Shown here one piece after another: positions 9,342 to 19,302 of a DNA stretch of 64,000 bases. A model generated the notes under the pieces. It saw only the letters and a list, made by a program, of their open reading frames with translations, ran no database searches and was not told the DNA's origin. Within the stretch, counting starts at the first letter, position 1. Every line of letters begins with the position of its first letter. Position numbers and translations under genes: made by a program. Source of the stretch: a virus (taxonomy: Duplodnaviria; Caudoviricetes); the IMG/VR virus record IMGVR_UViG_3300028048_003124. One strand, written 5' to 3'.

Positions 9342-9770
9342 ATGAATTATAAGGTGAGTGTATACGCAGGAAGACCAGAGGGCAAGAGATGTTATTTATT
9401 AGAAGTAGATGGTAGGCGTGTGTCAGAGAAGGTAAGTACTTTCAAGGGTGACAATATAAAAGAAAATGCCTTAGAGTGTGTACTTCAGGGGTTGACAGCT
9501 TGTAAGCCTTTGGTAACTCATCATGATTATGTTGTTGTAGAGGTTCAGAACAGGCATTTAAATGATTGGCTAAATGATTTCAGCCAATCAACAGGGTATG
9601 AAAACTATGATAACATATTAGACAAGATCTTTGAGGTTTTAGATAACCTTGATTGCAGATACAAGTTTGTATTTGTAAAGAACTCGTATGTAAAAAAGTT
9701 TTTACATACTGCTAAGTTGTCTGAGGTAAAGGTTAGTAGTGTAGACAGTTTAATGAGTGAGTTTAAGTAA
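9342..9770 (+). CDS. RNase H-like fold protein, probably catalytically degenerate
   Basis: Pattern ENALECVLQGL / VVVEVQNRHLNDWL / YKFVFV resembles RNase HI topology; the first acidic motif is missing. Confidence 0.4.
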   Translation: MNYKVSVYAGRPEGKRCYLLEVDGRRVSEKVSTFKGDNIKENALECVLQGLTACKPLVTHHDYVVVEVQNRHLNDWLNDFSQSTGYENYDNILDKIFEVLDNLDCRYKFVFVKNSYVKKFLHTAKLSEVKVSSVDSLMSEFK

Positions 9771-9796
9771 CTAATTTATTTGGAGGTTGTAGTAGC

Positions 9797-11374
9797 ATGA
9801 AGAATACTATTGATGCTATAAAGTATGGTTTAGAGACCTTGGATGTAAGTCCAAAGGAGCTTTTTAAGCTAATAGAATCCTCGAAGGATTACGAGGGTAG
9901 TGACTATAAAAGGTGGCTATCCAGAGAAATAATTGCCCTTGCAGAGAATGATGGAATAGGTTATTCTCAGCTACTTGCAAAGTGGTTTAACTTGATACAG
10001 AATATCATTGACGAGTATGCCGATGGCTCTGTAAAAGAGTTCTTTGCAAACTACATAAAGAATTTATGTTTAGGCGATGTCTACACGGTTGGTATTGAAT
10101 CTGGTGAAGATGGTAGCAACATTTTTGGCAAAAGCGCCGATGAAGAAGATTGGGTATCTAAGGTTGATATGCCTTATAACTATGATTTCTTAGATACCTT
10201 GAGTGAGGATATGTCTACCTCTATAAAAGATGATAATCCTATTACGATTATCTATCGTGGAAATCCTAAAGCTTCTTTTAAAAAGAACTGTGATTTGGTA
10301 GTAGATTCAAAGATTTCGGGTATTCCTGTAAGAAACTATGATGCTTTGTTTCTCTATAGAATGTGTACCATAGTCAGAGCTCTTGGGGATGGTTGTGCTA
10401 ATCTTAGATTTATTTTTATCACAGATACTAAATTTCTTTATTCTAAAGATAATGAAGAAATTATCAAGTACTTACTAACATTCTTTAAATATGATGAGAC
10501 TTCTTGTGTTGTAAACACAAAAGACCTATATGAGGGTTCTTTCACTTCTGAAGATTATGCAGTTTGTATGTTCTCAGTAAGGGGAGAGAGTGACTCATAT
10601 CAGGATGGTATTGTGCTTAAAACCATGGAGATGGTTGATGGAGAATACTCTCAGTCCAAAAAGGCTAAGCGTTATTCTGTTGGTAAGGATATGTTGGAAG
10701 CTCTGTACGAAAAGTACAATGAGGCGGACTATACAGATAATGTACCCCTGCTGAATAGATCAATGGATAGCGTTGTAAGGGCTACCAAGGGTATCAAAAC
10801 AGCTCTTGGGTATATGTGTAAAGGTAATACAGATAGAAGTGTATTTTTATCTTGCTATCCTGTAGAGAATACTAGGTATATTGCAATAACAAAAGATAAT
10901 CTTTATGAGTTAATTGCCTATTATGGAGTAACTCAGTCGATGGATAATGCAGGAATGTTCTTGGGTATCAATGAGATTATAGATGGTCACCCAGATTACA
11001 TGAATTTAGTTTGTAATTGCATACCGATCTTCCTCTTTGATGTGAACAGTAAGTTTTGTAGCATAGGCTCGGTTGTATTGCCAAATGGTAAATCTGCTGT
11101 ACTGCAAAACAGGTTTGATGTTGTTTCATCTAAGGTGGTAACAAAGCTATTAGATGTAGGCTCAGTATATTTTAGTTATGAGGCTAAAGAGTTAATACAG
11201 GTTTGTAAAGGCTTGTTAGACTATTTTAAGGAGAACTTCGGAGAGGACTTAACTGGTCGTACTTTTGAGGAGATTCGTAAGGAAGCTTCTAATGAGAACC
11301 TAAATAGGGCTTATCTAAATGCTCTTTCCAGTTGTAAAGAGTTTGTAAGCTCTGCATATAGACAAATGTCATAA
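9797..11374 (+). CDS. Large hypothetical protein, possibly a degenerate adenine methyltransferase-like fold
   Basis: YDFLD...NPITIIYRGNPK...NYDALFLYRM resembles an MTase DFL / NPPY / LYAQFLYR layout. Confidence 0.4.
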   Translation: MKNTIDAIKYGLETLDVSPKELFKLIESSKDYEGSDYKRWLSREIIALAENDGIGYSQLLAKWFNLIQNIIDEYADGSVKEFFANYIKNLCLGDVYTVGIESGEDGSNIFGKSADEEDWVSKVDMPYNYDFLDTLSEDMSTSIKDDNPITIIYRGNPKASFKKNCDLVVDSKISGIPVRNYDALFLYRMCTIVRALGDGCANLRFIFITDTKFLYSKDNEEIIKYLLTFFKYDETSCVVNTKDLYEGSFTSEDYAVCMFSVRGESDSYQDGIVLKTMEMVDGEYSQSKKAKRYSVGKDMLEALYEKYNEADYTDNVPLLNRSMDSVVRATKGIKTALGYMCKGNTDRSVFLSCYPVENTRYIAITKDNLYELIAYYGVTQSMDNAGMFLGINEIIDGHPDYMNLVCNCIPIFLFDVNSKFCSIGSVVLPNGKSAVLQNRFDVVSSKVVTKLLDVGSVYFSYEAKELIQVCKGLLDYFKENFGEDLTGRTFEEIRKEASNENLNRAYLNALSSCKEFVSSAYRQMS

Positions 11375-11384
11375 GGAGGTATCT

Positions 11385-11564
11385 GTGGTGAAATACTCTT
11401 ACGGTAGAAAAAGAATGAGAGACAATCATTACAAAGATGAAGATTTCTGCGATTACACAGGAGATTTGTGTAAGAAGGTAGAACAGTGTGGTAGCGGTAG
11501 TAATGATGGAGACTGTGTAGGTTGCCCATGTTTTGAAGCTTATGCAATAGGGGATGATTTTTAA
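11385..11564 (+). CDS. Small Cys-rich protein (59 aa, not in ORF track)
   Basis: AGGAGG RBS, GTG start, ..FCDYTGDLC..C....DCVGCPC..DDF*, TAATG overlap with next gene. Confidence 0.65.
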   Translation: MVKYSYGRKRMRDNHYKDEDFCDYTGDLCKKVEQCGSGSNDGDCVGCPCFEAYAIGDDF

Positions 11565-12532
11565 TGGGTTCTCTAGTAGAGTTAAAAGACCCATCAAAGC
11601 AGGTACATTTGCTATTAGCTTCTTCTAACTTGGCTGAAATATATGTATATGATACTCTTAAAAGTAGATGCAATGCTACGTTAGAGAGTATTATGGATGT
11701 AAACTCTACATCTTCTTTCAAGGCTATGTTAGAGTTAGTAAACATACAGCCAAATCTTGCTGACAAGTGGCTATTCGTAATAGATTATAAGAAGGTTAGA
11801 AGTTTAATAAAGAAAACGATGGGTATCTTTCAATCTGATACATCGGTATTCTTGTTAAAGGTAAATACTTATAAGGATTTTAAAGAGGTAAAAGAGCTTG
11901 ATATAGATTTAAATGATCTTTATCTGGAGACTATAAGAAAACAGGAAGTCCAAAACCTGTTAAGGGGCTATAAGATATCTCCAAAAGTTGTTGACTTTGT
12001 AGCTTCTTCTTATTACAGAGATCCTGAAAAGGTGTTTGCTCTCAGAAAAGAGCTTGATAACGGAGCAGATGTAAATTCGCCAAAAGATGTAACGGCTTTG
12101 TGTGGTGAGAGTCTGGGAAGTGTTCAGAAGTTTGCCATGCAGTTATTAACTGATAAACCGAAAACTGAGATGTTTTTGAAGCGAAGTTATAAGAAACGTG
12201 TAAACGTTCTTTGTGATTTATGTGATACTTTTGGTAGTTCTACCGCTTATAATTATATAAAGGCTGCTGTCAAAGATATTCTCTATATAAAAATGTTGTA
12301 CATGGAGGGTACTATCTATAACCGTATAAGAGAGCTACCTGATTGCTTTGATGAGAAAAAATTATCGAAATATAATCATAGCTTAAGGGATATAGAGTTT
12401 GAGTTACAGTATGTAAAAATACTCCACTTGTATAATCTAATGAGTTCGACAGGAAGATGGAGAAATAGTCAGGATGGGGTATTGTTCTTGTATCAGTATT
12501 ATTTAGAGTTGATACACGTTTGGAATGATTAG
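11564..12532 (+). CDS. Putative clamp-loader delta (HolA)-like subunit
   Basis: 322 aa. NIQPNLADKWLFVID and YKISPKVVDFV...ELDN pattern typical of inactive AAA+ delta subunits; replication context. Confidence 0.5.
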   Translation: MGSLVELKDPSKQVHLLLASSNLAEIYVYDTLKSRCNATLESIMDVNSTSSFKAMLELVNIQPNLADKWLFVIDYKKVRSLIKKTMGIFQSDTSVFLLKVNTYKDFKEVKELDIDLNDLYLETIRKQEVQNLLRGYKISPKVVDFVASSYYRDPEKVFALRKELDNGADVNSPKDVTALCGESLGSVQKFAMQLLTDKPKTEMFLKRSYKKRVNVLCDLCDTFGSSTAYNYIKAAVKDILYIKMLYMEGTIYNRIRELPDCFDEKKLSKYNHSLRDIEFELQYVKILHLYNLMSSTGRWRNSQDGVLFLYQYYLELIHVWND

Positions 12533-12543
12533 GAGGTTGTATT

Positions 12544-13200
12544 GTGGAAATATTAGCCAGTTGTTCTTTAGAAGATAGTTTAAAGTATGACGGAAGCAAA
12601 CTAGTAATAGACCGTGAAGATGGTGGAAAGCCTGATAAGGTTGTACTAAATATAGTAGTGAGTGACGGTAACGTTGATACACTAAATAATATTAATTCAA
12701 ATGTTAAGTGTGTAACATTTGATACAGATGTTGCAGACTTTTCTGGGGTTGATTTATCTGAAGTTAAGGCAGACATCTTTCAAGAGTATTCTTTGGATGA
12801 TGAAATACACGAAGTAGATGGGGTAACTCCTTTAATAAGAGTACCAGATGGATACTCTAATATGAGAGCTCTTTGGGATGTGTGTAGGCGGCACCCAACA
12901 GCAAGGGTAATTGGGGGTAACTTACTGCAAGTTAGGGGTGTAAACATAGGAAGGTATGCAGCTGGAAAAGATAAAGGCTCTCCTGTGTATAACGGTATAT
13001 ATGATCAGTTCTTAGAAGTACCTCTAATAGAAATCGGAAATCTTCATGAGGTAGTTAAAAAGGCTAGAAAGAAGTTAGAGGGGGTTTCTACAGAAAAGAG
13101 ATCTAAAACTCCTAAAGAGAAGAAACAGGTTGCAAAAAAGAAAGATGTGTCTAAATCTTTTAGTTCGCTTTTTTCTGACATAGAGGAGGAAGATTTCTAA
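12544..13200 (+). CDS. Hypothetical protein with basic then acidic C-terminal tail
   Basis: 218 aa, ends FSSLFSDIEEEDF. Confidence 0.7.
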   Translation: MEILASCSLEDSLKYDGSKLVIDREDGGKPDKVVLNIVVSDGNVDTLNNINSNVKCVTFDTDVADFSGVDLSEVKADIFQEYSLDDEIHEVDGVTPLIRVPDGYSNMRALWDVCRRHPTARVIGGNLLQVRGVNIGRYAAGKDKGSPVYNGIYDQFLEVPLIEIGNLHEVVKKARKKLEGVSTEKRSKTPKEKKQVAKKKDVSKSFSSLFSDIEEEDF

Positions 13201-13616
13201 TGAGAGTATTTTTGTTTATAGGTTTAGCTGTACTGTTGGCTATAATTGTACTTATTCTTTTACTAAAAGTAATTAAGGGCTTGGTATTAAAGATTGTTGT
13301 AGTAATTGTGGCTGTAATGTTATTCTTTGGCGGTGGTCAGGTTATAAACTTGAATACCTTGTCCCCAAGCGTCGAATCAAAGATATCCGAGGTAACTGAT
13401 AGGGTTGGTAGCAGCTCTATAAAAACCGAAGGAAACAGGGTATTTGTAAAGCTTGATAATGAGTGGTACGATGTATCAAAACTATCTTTAGTTGATAAGA
13501 CTTCTGATAGTATCAAGTTAAGGTATGAAGGAAAAGAAATTTATATAGGTAAATCTGGTGCCTCTAATACTATTAAAGTTCTTGAAGATTTAGGTTTTCT
13601 TGGAAAGGAAAAATAA
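13200..13616 (+). CDS. Membrane protein (two N-terminal hydrophobic segments)
   Basis: Hydrophobic residues ~2-43. Confidence 0.75.
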   Translation: MRVFLFIGLAVLLAIIVLILLLKVIKGLVLKIVVVIVAVMLFFGGGQVINLNTLSPSVESKISEVTDRVGSSSIKTEGNRVFVKLDNEWYDVSKLSLVDKTSDSIKLRYEGKEIYIGKSGASNTIKVLEDLGFLGKEK

Positions 13617-13627
13617 TATAGAGCTTG

Positions 13628-13656
13628 TTGCATTTTACCACTTTTTATGGTAAAAT
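13628..13656 (+). promoter_or_regulatory. sigmaA-like promoter
   Basis: TTGCAT-17bp-TAAAAT with extended TG. Confidence 0.7.
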
Positions 13657-13689
13657 ATAATAAATAAAAAATTTATTAGGGGGCTTTCC

Positions 13690-14298
13690 GTGAATTACTT
13701 TAAATATCAAAACTCGAAACCGATGTCTAAGGTGTGGGCGTTATTCAGAGACTTAGGCGATGTACCGCATGATAAGTTAGCAAATCTTTACTCGACAAGT
13801 GATTATTCTCATACGCTTGAGATTGTCAGATCCGCATTAAACGGCTCTATCTCCTTAACGAAAGAGGATATAGATGATTTTAATCTAAAGGCTTATGAAA
13901 TTGCTTGTTCTACTAACGACAAGAACAACAGGCGAAAGATGGCATCCAAGTCATTAAACATTGTTGATGTTGATAGCTCAGAGGACGACATCAGAGTAGG
14001 TTATGGTGAGGTATCTTCAAGAACTTTGGCTTCTATCGAAGATTCATTTGAAGAGGTAATGAGCTCTAAAAACTTTGAAGAAAATATAAGAGAGTTGTAC
14101 GGAATTAGGTCTAAGTACATCATAGAAAAAGGTGTAGACGTGGTAAGTGTCTTAGCCAGCTCACTAAAGGGTATTCCCGAAGCAATTCAGGAGTTGAAAT
14201 CCCTGATGCTGGATACCGTTTTAAAGGATCTTATAACTTCCTTGTGTGAGGATAGCAGGGACGGTGAGCTTTTGAGAAGGCTGGAAACCGTAAACTAA
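13690..14298 (+). CDS. Hypothetical protein
   Basis: 202 aa, first gene after the promoter. Confidence 0.7.
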   Translation: MNYFKYQNSKPMSKVWALFRDLGDVPHDKLANLYSTSDYSHTLEIVRSALNGSISLTKEDIDDFNLKAYEIACSTNDKNNRRKMASKSLNIVDVDSSEDDIRVGYGEVSSRTLASIEDSFEEVMSSKNFEENIRELYGIRSKYIIEKGVDVVSVLASSLKGIPEAIQELKSLMLDTVLKDLITSLCEDSRDGELLRRLETVN

Positions 14299-14317
14299 AA
14301 TAAAAAAATAAAGCAGG

Positions 14318-15349
14318 TTGCATATGAGATATTATAAGTATGTACGAATGCAAGATCAGGTGTTCGTATTTAGGGTACATAAGGCTGTTCAGGCTTGTAA
14401 AGCAATGGCGATACTAAAGTATAGATCCCGTTGGGAGGATGCTTTAGATGACGCCTACTTTCACATAATTAAGAACTTTGATGATAGTAAAGGTTCTTTA
14501 GAGCATTATGCTATGAGTATTGTAAGCACTATCTACTTGAATAAGTATTCTAAGGAGGTAGGCTCTGAGACGGTACTCGAAATAGAGTCTGAGAGAAAAG
14601 CGATGGAAAGTGTACGAGTTAGTAACCCATATGACGATTTGTTAGACGCTTTAGAGGAAGAGGGTACTGACTACGATGAAGAGATTCATCAATGTATAAA
14701 GTATCTTCTTCCTCTTTTTATTAAGGACTATGAAATGTTTAGGAGTAAAGATAGTTCTGATAGAAAAATGAAGTACAGCGGATTGTTCGATATGTTCTCT
14801 TTTAAGGTCATAAGTTCCGCTGTTAAGATATTAGCAGATGACTATTATGATGATGCCAAGTATATAAATACATTATCTAAAAACTGCCATGTGAAAAACT
14901 TCAAAGAGGATAGGTATAAAAGTAGCTTAGATAAAACTTTATCCTACATCAGCAGAATTGATGACATTGTACGTTGCAAGGCAATAGGGGTAAAAAGGAA
15001 AAAGTATGCTTACCTCATAGATATTGTGGATGTACTATCTAAGATATTCAGTATGTTTTATGATAAGGAAGGCGTAGCCCAGAGAGAGATAGATGGTGTA
15101 CCTATATATTGCTCATTGTCAGGTCAGATACTTTTATCTAAAGATGAGTTATTTGAGACTTTGGAGAGGGAGATAGTAGGTACTCTGTTAGCTTTGAGGA
15201 CTAACTTAAAGGTACTTAACTATGAGAGAGGAAAAGAACTGGTTGTAACGTCAACTAGGGTATACGAACCAGAGGTTATAATTCAGATGTTCCAAGCAGG
15301 AGTTCACATACCGATGAAAAAGTTGATGATAGGAAGGGTAATAAGGTAA
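14318..15349 (+). CDS. Sigma70 region-2-like protein (putative phage sigma factor)
   Basis: WEDALDDAYFHIIKNFDDSKGSLEHYAMSIVSTIYLNKYSKE resembles sigma region 2; C-terminus not recognisable as region 4. Confidence 0.5.
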   Translation: MHMRYYKYVRMQDQVFVFRVHKAVQACKAMAILKYRSRWEDALDDAYFHIIKNFDDSKGSLEHYAMSIVSTIYLNKYSKEVGSETVLEIESERKAMESVRVSNPYDDLLDALEEEGTDYDEEIHQCIKYLLPLFIKDYEMFRSKDSSDRKMKYSGLFDMFSFKVISSAVKILADDYYDDAKYINTLSKNCHVKNFKEDRYKSSLDKTLSYISRIDDIVRCKAIGVKRKKYAYLIDIVDVLSKIFSMFYDKEGVAQREIDGVPIYCSLSGQILLSKDELFETLEREIVGTLLALRTNLKVLNYERGKELVVTSTRVYEPEVIIQMFQAGVHIPMKKLMIGRVIR

Positions 15350-18300
15350 TGTTATCGGGAACTTATAACTATAAAGGTCATATATATGGAGTAGAGGCTT
15401 ACGATTTTGGTGACAATATCGTAGCCTTTTTATGTCCAAATACTTCTAAGGACAGGCAATATCTTGATAAGGGTATTCATACTGAAGATTTAGATCTTCC
15501 TGCTCAGTGGGAAAAGTTGTATGTTAAGGTAGGAATTGGTGCTATTTACGCTAGTTGTTACGTCTATGAAGATACTGATGACACTGGTAATAAGATAAAA
15601 TATAAAAATGAGCTAAACCACGAAGTACTAACAAAGTTTGGCTCTATTTTAAGGGGTATGAAAGACTCATGCAACAATAACAAGGTAACGGATGACTTGT
15701 TTGAGACTTTTAACCCTACAAAAATAATCAGATATAAGTTTCCATACGGTATTATGGATCTTGAAATAAGAGTTATAAGACACGTTGAGTATAGGACAGA
15801 GGATGTATTCCTAAACTTAGATGAGGATTATTCCTATGAGACTAAAATCTTCCAGAGCACAAATGTAAACCATAAGTATGCTCTGGATTTATCTGAGTTT
15901 GTTCATAAAAAAGAAGATACAGACTGGGATTTTACTGGTGATGAGGATACCGTTTTCAGTCTTGCAGATATTATTAAGGCTAACCCAGATAAGAGCTATA
16001 AATGGCTTTGGGCAAGAAAGTATTACATTGTAAATGATTTAGAGCAGGCAAAACAGGTCTGTAAGAAGATATGGGACCACAAGGGTATAGTCGCTTTTGA
16101 TACTGAGACCACAGGTCTTGCAGTTAACATCACAAGTAGACAGGGTATTGGCGATAGGCTTGTAGGAATGGTATTTAGTATCAAACCAGGAGTGGCATGG
16201 TATTTTCCGATTAGGCACAAGCTTTTTAAGAACCTGTGTACCGATGCTGACGAAGATGCAATAATTAACAAGTACTTCAAACCTATTTTAGAGGAGAAGG
16301 AGATCCTGTGTCATAATGGTTCTTTCGATTGGAAGGTAATGTACAATTATGGTATCTTCTTGAATTTGGTACAAGATACTATGATACTGTTTAAGATGAC
16401 TATGTGGAATGATCATAGAGATATGAGTCTTGGTCTTAAAAATCTTACGCATACTTTCTTAAATAGGGATAGCTTTGAACTATCAGACTTTGTAAAGGGT
16501 AAGTTTGGAAGCAACAATATTAAGTTCTGGGACTTAGACGAAGAAAGTACAAAGTACTATGCTTGTCCAGATACAGATAATCTAATAGAGTTGTACCAGT
16601 GGTGCTTAGATAACAATCTTTTAAGCAAGTATGGTGCAAAAAAGGTATATCAGATAGAGGTAAACTTTTCTATAGTAATAGCTTATCAAGAGTACTATGG
16701 TCATTGTGTAGATATGTCTAAGATTGGTGCCTTAGTAGAAGACATTAAGAAGACCAAGGAAGATGAGTACCGTGCTATGGTAGCTTTAACTGGTCATGAT
16801 TTTAATCCAAGAAGTAATAAAGAGTTACCCCAGATTATGTACACTGAGCTAGGATACCCGATACTAGGGTATACAAACACGGGTAACCCCTCTTGTGGTA
16901 AAAAGGTAAGGGCTAAGCTGATGGGTGAATATGATGAAAAAGGAGAACCGAAATATCCTTTTGTACATCATTTACATAGATACCTTGAGTCGTGTACTCT
17001 GGAGTCTAACTTTACAAAAAATATCAGTAAGTTTGCAACAGAAGATGGTTTGATGTTCTCTGAGGTACAGCAGTTTTTGGAGACTGGTCGAGTAAGTGTA
17101 TCAAATCCCAACTACCAATCATACAGTGATGTGGTAAAGAAGTACATTGTACCTAGAAACGGCTTCTTTGCTTTGGATGCTGACTATTCTTCTGTTGAAG
17201 CCCGAATAATGGTAAGCATGGCAGGATGTATGGATATGGTCGAGAGAATGAAGGACCCTGACATGGATTATCATACTTTAAAGGCTTCTCAGATGTTTGG
17301 GATTCCTTATGAGTTAGTATCTCACAAACAGAGAAAGATGTCTAAAGGTGTAAACTTTGGTATTCTGTATGGACTTGGTGATCCTAACCTTGGAGCTACT
17401 CTGTATGGTGAAAAGACTCCTGAAAACACTAGGAAGGCGAAAAAGCAAAAAGAGTTGTATTTTAAAGGTATGGAGGAACTGAGAAGCTTTATAGACATTA
17501 GTAAAGCGCAGGGTACATCTCAGCACTTTTCTACAACTCATTTTGGTAGAAGGCGTTATTTTGATCCAAGAAAGGTAAGAACAGACACCATAGAACGCCA
17601 ATCTTGTAATGCTCGAATCCAGGGTACTGCGGCAGACATTTACAAGATTGCTATGGTAAGACTGCTACATCAAGTCAGGAAACTGGATTGGATGGGTAAG
17701 GTTCTTATTTCCGCTTTTGTACATGATGAGTGTTTTCTTGAGGTAAGCAAGTCGTTAGATCCAATTGTTGTACTAAGTGTATTGAGAAAGTGCATGATGC
17801 TTGATAATGATGGATGGTGTCCGTTGTTCATAGGCTGTGGTTTTGGAAGAAACTGGTATGAAGCAAAGAACACAGAGATACCTATTCAAGTGCAAGAGAG
17901 TCTTATTAACAGTTATGGGACTGATGGTTTATCTTGGTGGAATGGTAATACTGCTGAGCTTTGTGATTTCGTAGTAAACGAGATCAATCTCTATGGAAAG
18001 AACAGGGTATTAAATTACTTAAAAGATGAGAACAATAAAGGTAAGGTTTTAAACCCAGCTGTAAACAGTCTTGCTCACGATGTTATAGGAGCGATTAAGT
18101 CTGGTGCTAAAATTGAAGGTTGTGTAGATACTAATATAGAGGAAAAGGAAGATGTAATAGAAAATCTTTTCGAGTTTGGAAAGGCTTTTGGTTGCATTGA
18201 TCTTGTTGAGAAAGCAAACATTTCTAAGCCCAGTCATTCTGAGACTGTTGTAGAGACTTCTGAATACGAAGAAACTGATGAGGTTGAAGAATCCTCTTGG

Positions 18301-18570
18301 AAAGATACTATGATGATGTATATAAATACTATAGGTGTTTATTACAGGCATGGTTCTTTAGATGAGGAAGAGCAAGATGGTATTTACTTCAGATATAAAG
18401 ATACAGAAAAGCCCTTAGTGACATTTTTGTATTCTTATGTTAAGAAGCACACTGGAGATGTACCTATGTTTGCAGTAAAACCTGACGGTACCATATACAA
18501 TGCTAATATGTTGGTGGATAAGCGTGTTTATCCTGAGTTAATAAAAATATATGCAAAACTGAGTAAATAG
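15349..18570 (+). CDS. polA: Family A DNA polymerase with 3'-5' exonuclease and N-/C-terminal extensions
   Basis: Exo motifs FDTETTG, HNGSFD, YACPDTD. Pol motifs A (DADYSSVEAR), B (RKMSKGVNFGILYG), C (VHDE). Confidence 0.95.
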   Translation: MLSGTYNYKGHIYGVEAYDFGDNIVAFLCPNTSKDRQYLDKGIHTEDLDLPAQWEKLYVKVGIGAIYASCYVYEDTDDTGNKIKYKNELNHEVLTKFGSILRGMKDSCNNNKVTDDLFETFNPTKIIRYKFPYGIMDLEIRVIRHVEYRTEDVFLNLDEDYSYETKIFQSTNVNHKYALDLSEFVHKKEDTDWDFTGDEDTVFSLADIIKANPDKSYKWLWARKYYIVNDLEQAKQVCKKIWDHKGIVAFDTETTGLAVNITSRQGIGDRLVGMVFSIKPGVAWYFPIRHKLFKNLCTDADEDAIINKYFKPILEEKEILCHNGSFDWKVMYNYGIFLNLVQDTMILFKMTMWNDHRDMSLGLKNLTHTFLNRDSFELSDFVKGKFGSNNIKFWDLDEESTKYYACPDTDNLIELYQWCLDNNLLSKYGAKKVYQIEVNFSIVIAYQEYYGHCVDMSKIGALVEDIKKTKEDEYRAMVALTGHDFNPRSNKELPQIMYTELGYPILGYTNTGNPSCGKKVRAKLMGEYDEKGEPKYPFVHHLHRYLESCTLESNFTKNISKFATEDGLMFSEVQQFLETGRVSVSNPNYQSYSDVVKKYIVPRNGFFALDADYSSVEARIMVSMAGCMDMVERMKDPDMDYHTLKASQMFGIPYELVSHKQRKMSKGVNFGILYGLGDPNLGATLYGEKTPENTRKAKKQKELYFKGMEELRSFIDISKAQGTSQHFSTTHFGRRRYFDPRKVRTDTIERQSCNARIQGTAADIYKIAMVRLLHQVRKLDWMGKVLISAFVHDECFLEVSKSLDPIVVLSVLRKCMMLDNDGWCPLFIGCGFGRNWYEAKNTEIPIQVQESLINSYGTDGLSWWNGNTAELCDFVVNEINLYGKNRVLNYLKDENNKGKVLNPAVNSLAHDVIGAIKSGAKIEGCVDTNIEEKEDVIENLFEFGKAFGCIDLVEKANISKPSHSETVVETSEYEETDEVEESSWKDTMMMYINTIGVYYRHGSLDEEEQDGIYFRYKDTEKPLVTFLYSYVKKHTGDVPMFAVKPDGTIYNANMLVDKRVYPELIKIYAKLSK

Positions 18571-18581
18571 GCGGTGAGGTT

Positions 18582-18971
18582 GTGTCTAATGTAAACTTTA
18601 ACGAAAAGATCTATGACGGGTATGATGAGGAAGAGTCTGTTAAAGATATAAAAGGTATTACAGACAAGGTAACAGATTATACTTTTACCGATATTTCTTT
18701 TCCTTGTGTTATATTTAAAAGCGGTTTGCGTTTGGAGAAACATAAGGTAAAGGTAATAAGTAATATGGTAAAGTCAACAACTGGTAGTTTGGGAAAGGAC
18801 ATAACTTTGTACTTTTCTAAAGGAGACAAGCAGTTATACAAGATGGGTATGTTAAGTGGTATTCAGATTAGTTCTTTAATAGAGATTGTTGGTCTTGATA
18901 ACTTAGATGCCTTTTATGACGAGAATACTAGATTAGCTGGAAGTCTGATATACACTTTATGCACCATTTAA
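18582..18971 (+). CDS. Hypothetical protein, possibly DnaE C-terminal-domain-like
   Basis: 129 aa. KDITLYFSKG...LIEIVGLDNL loosely resembles the polymerase's own C-terminal extension. Confidence 0.55.
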   Translation: MSNVNFNEKIYDGYDEEESVKDIKGITDKVTDYTFTDISFPCVIFKSGLRLEKHKVKVISNMVKSTTGSLGKDITLYFSKGDKQLYKMGMLSGIQISSLIEIVGLDNLDAFYDENTRLAGSLIYTLCTI

Positions 18972-19254
18972 TTTTATTTTAGCAAGTTTAAGAATTTTTA
19001 ATTAATTCTAAGACTTTAAATCTTGCCGAATTTGAGCTCATTTTTGTATATAAAATACACTGCGATTACGTTCCGATTTTTCCAGATTTTAGGGCTAATT
19101 TTTTGAATGAGTTCTTCTTCGTCCTGTAATTTTTAAAAGTGTTATTTTAGCAAAAATGTATATTAACGTAATAAGAAGATTATATAATACAGTATGCTTT
19201 CAAGAGATCTCTTATTGATTTCTTATAAGTATATAAATAAGTATTGTAATCATA

Positions 19255-19283
19255 TTGACTTTATGTGAGATTTTTGTTAAAAT
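19255..19283 (+). promoter_or_regulatory. sigmaA-like promoter
   Basis: TTGACT-17bp-TAAAAT with extended TG. Confidence 0.7.
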
Positions 19284-19302
19284 ATAGTTAGGTAGAAATG
19301 TT

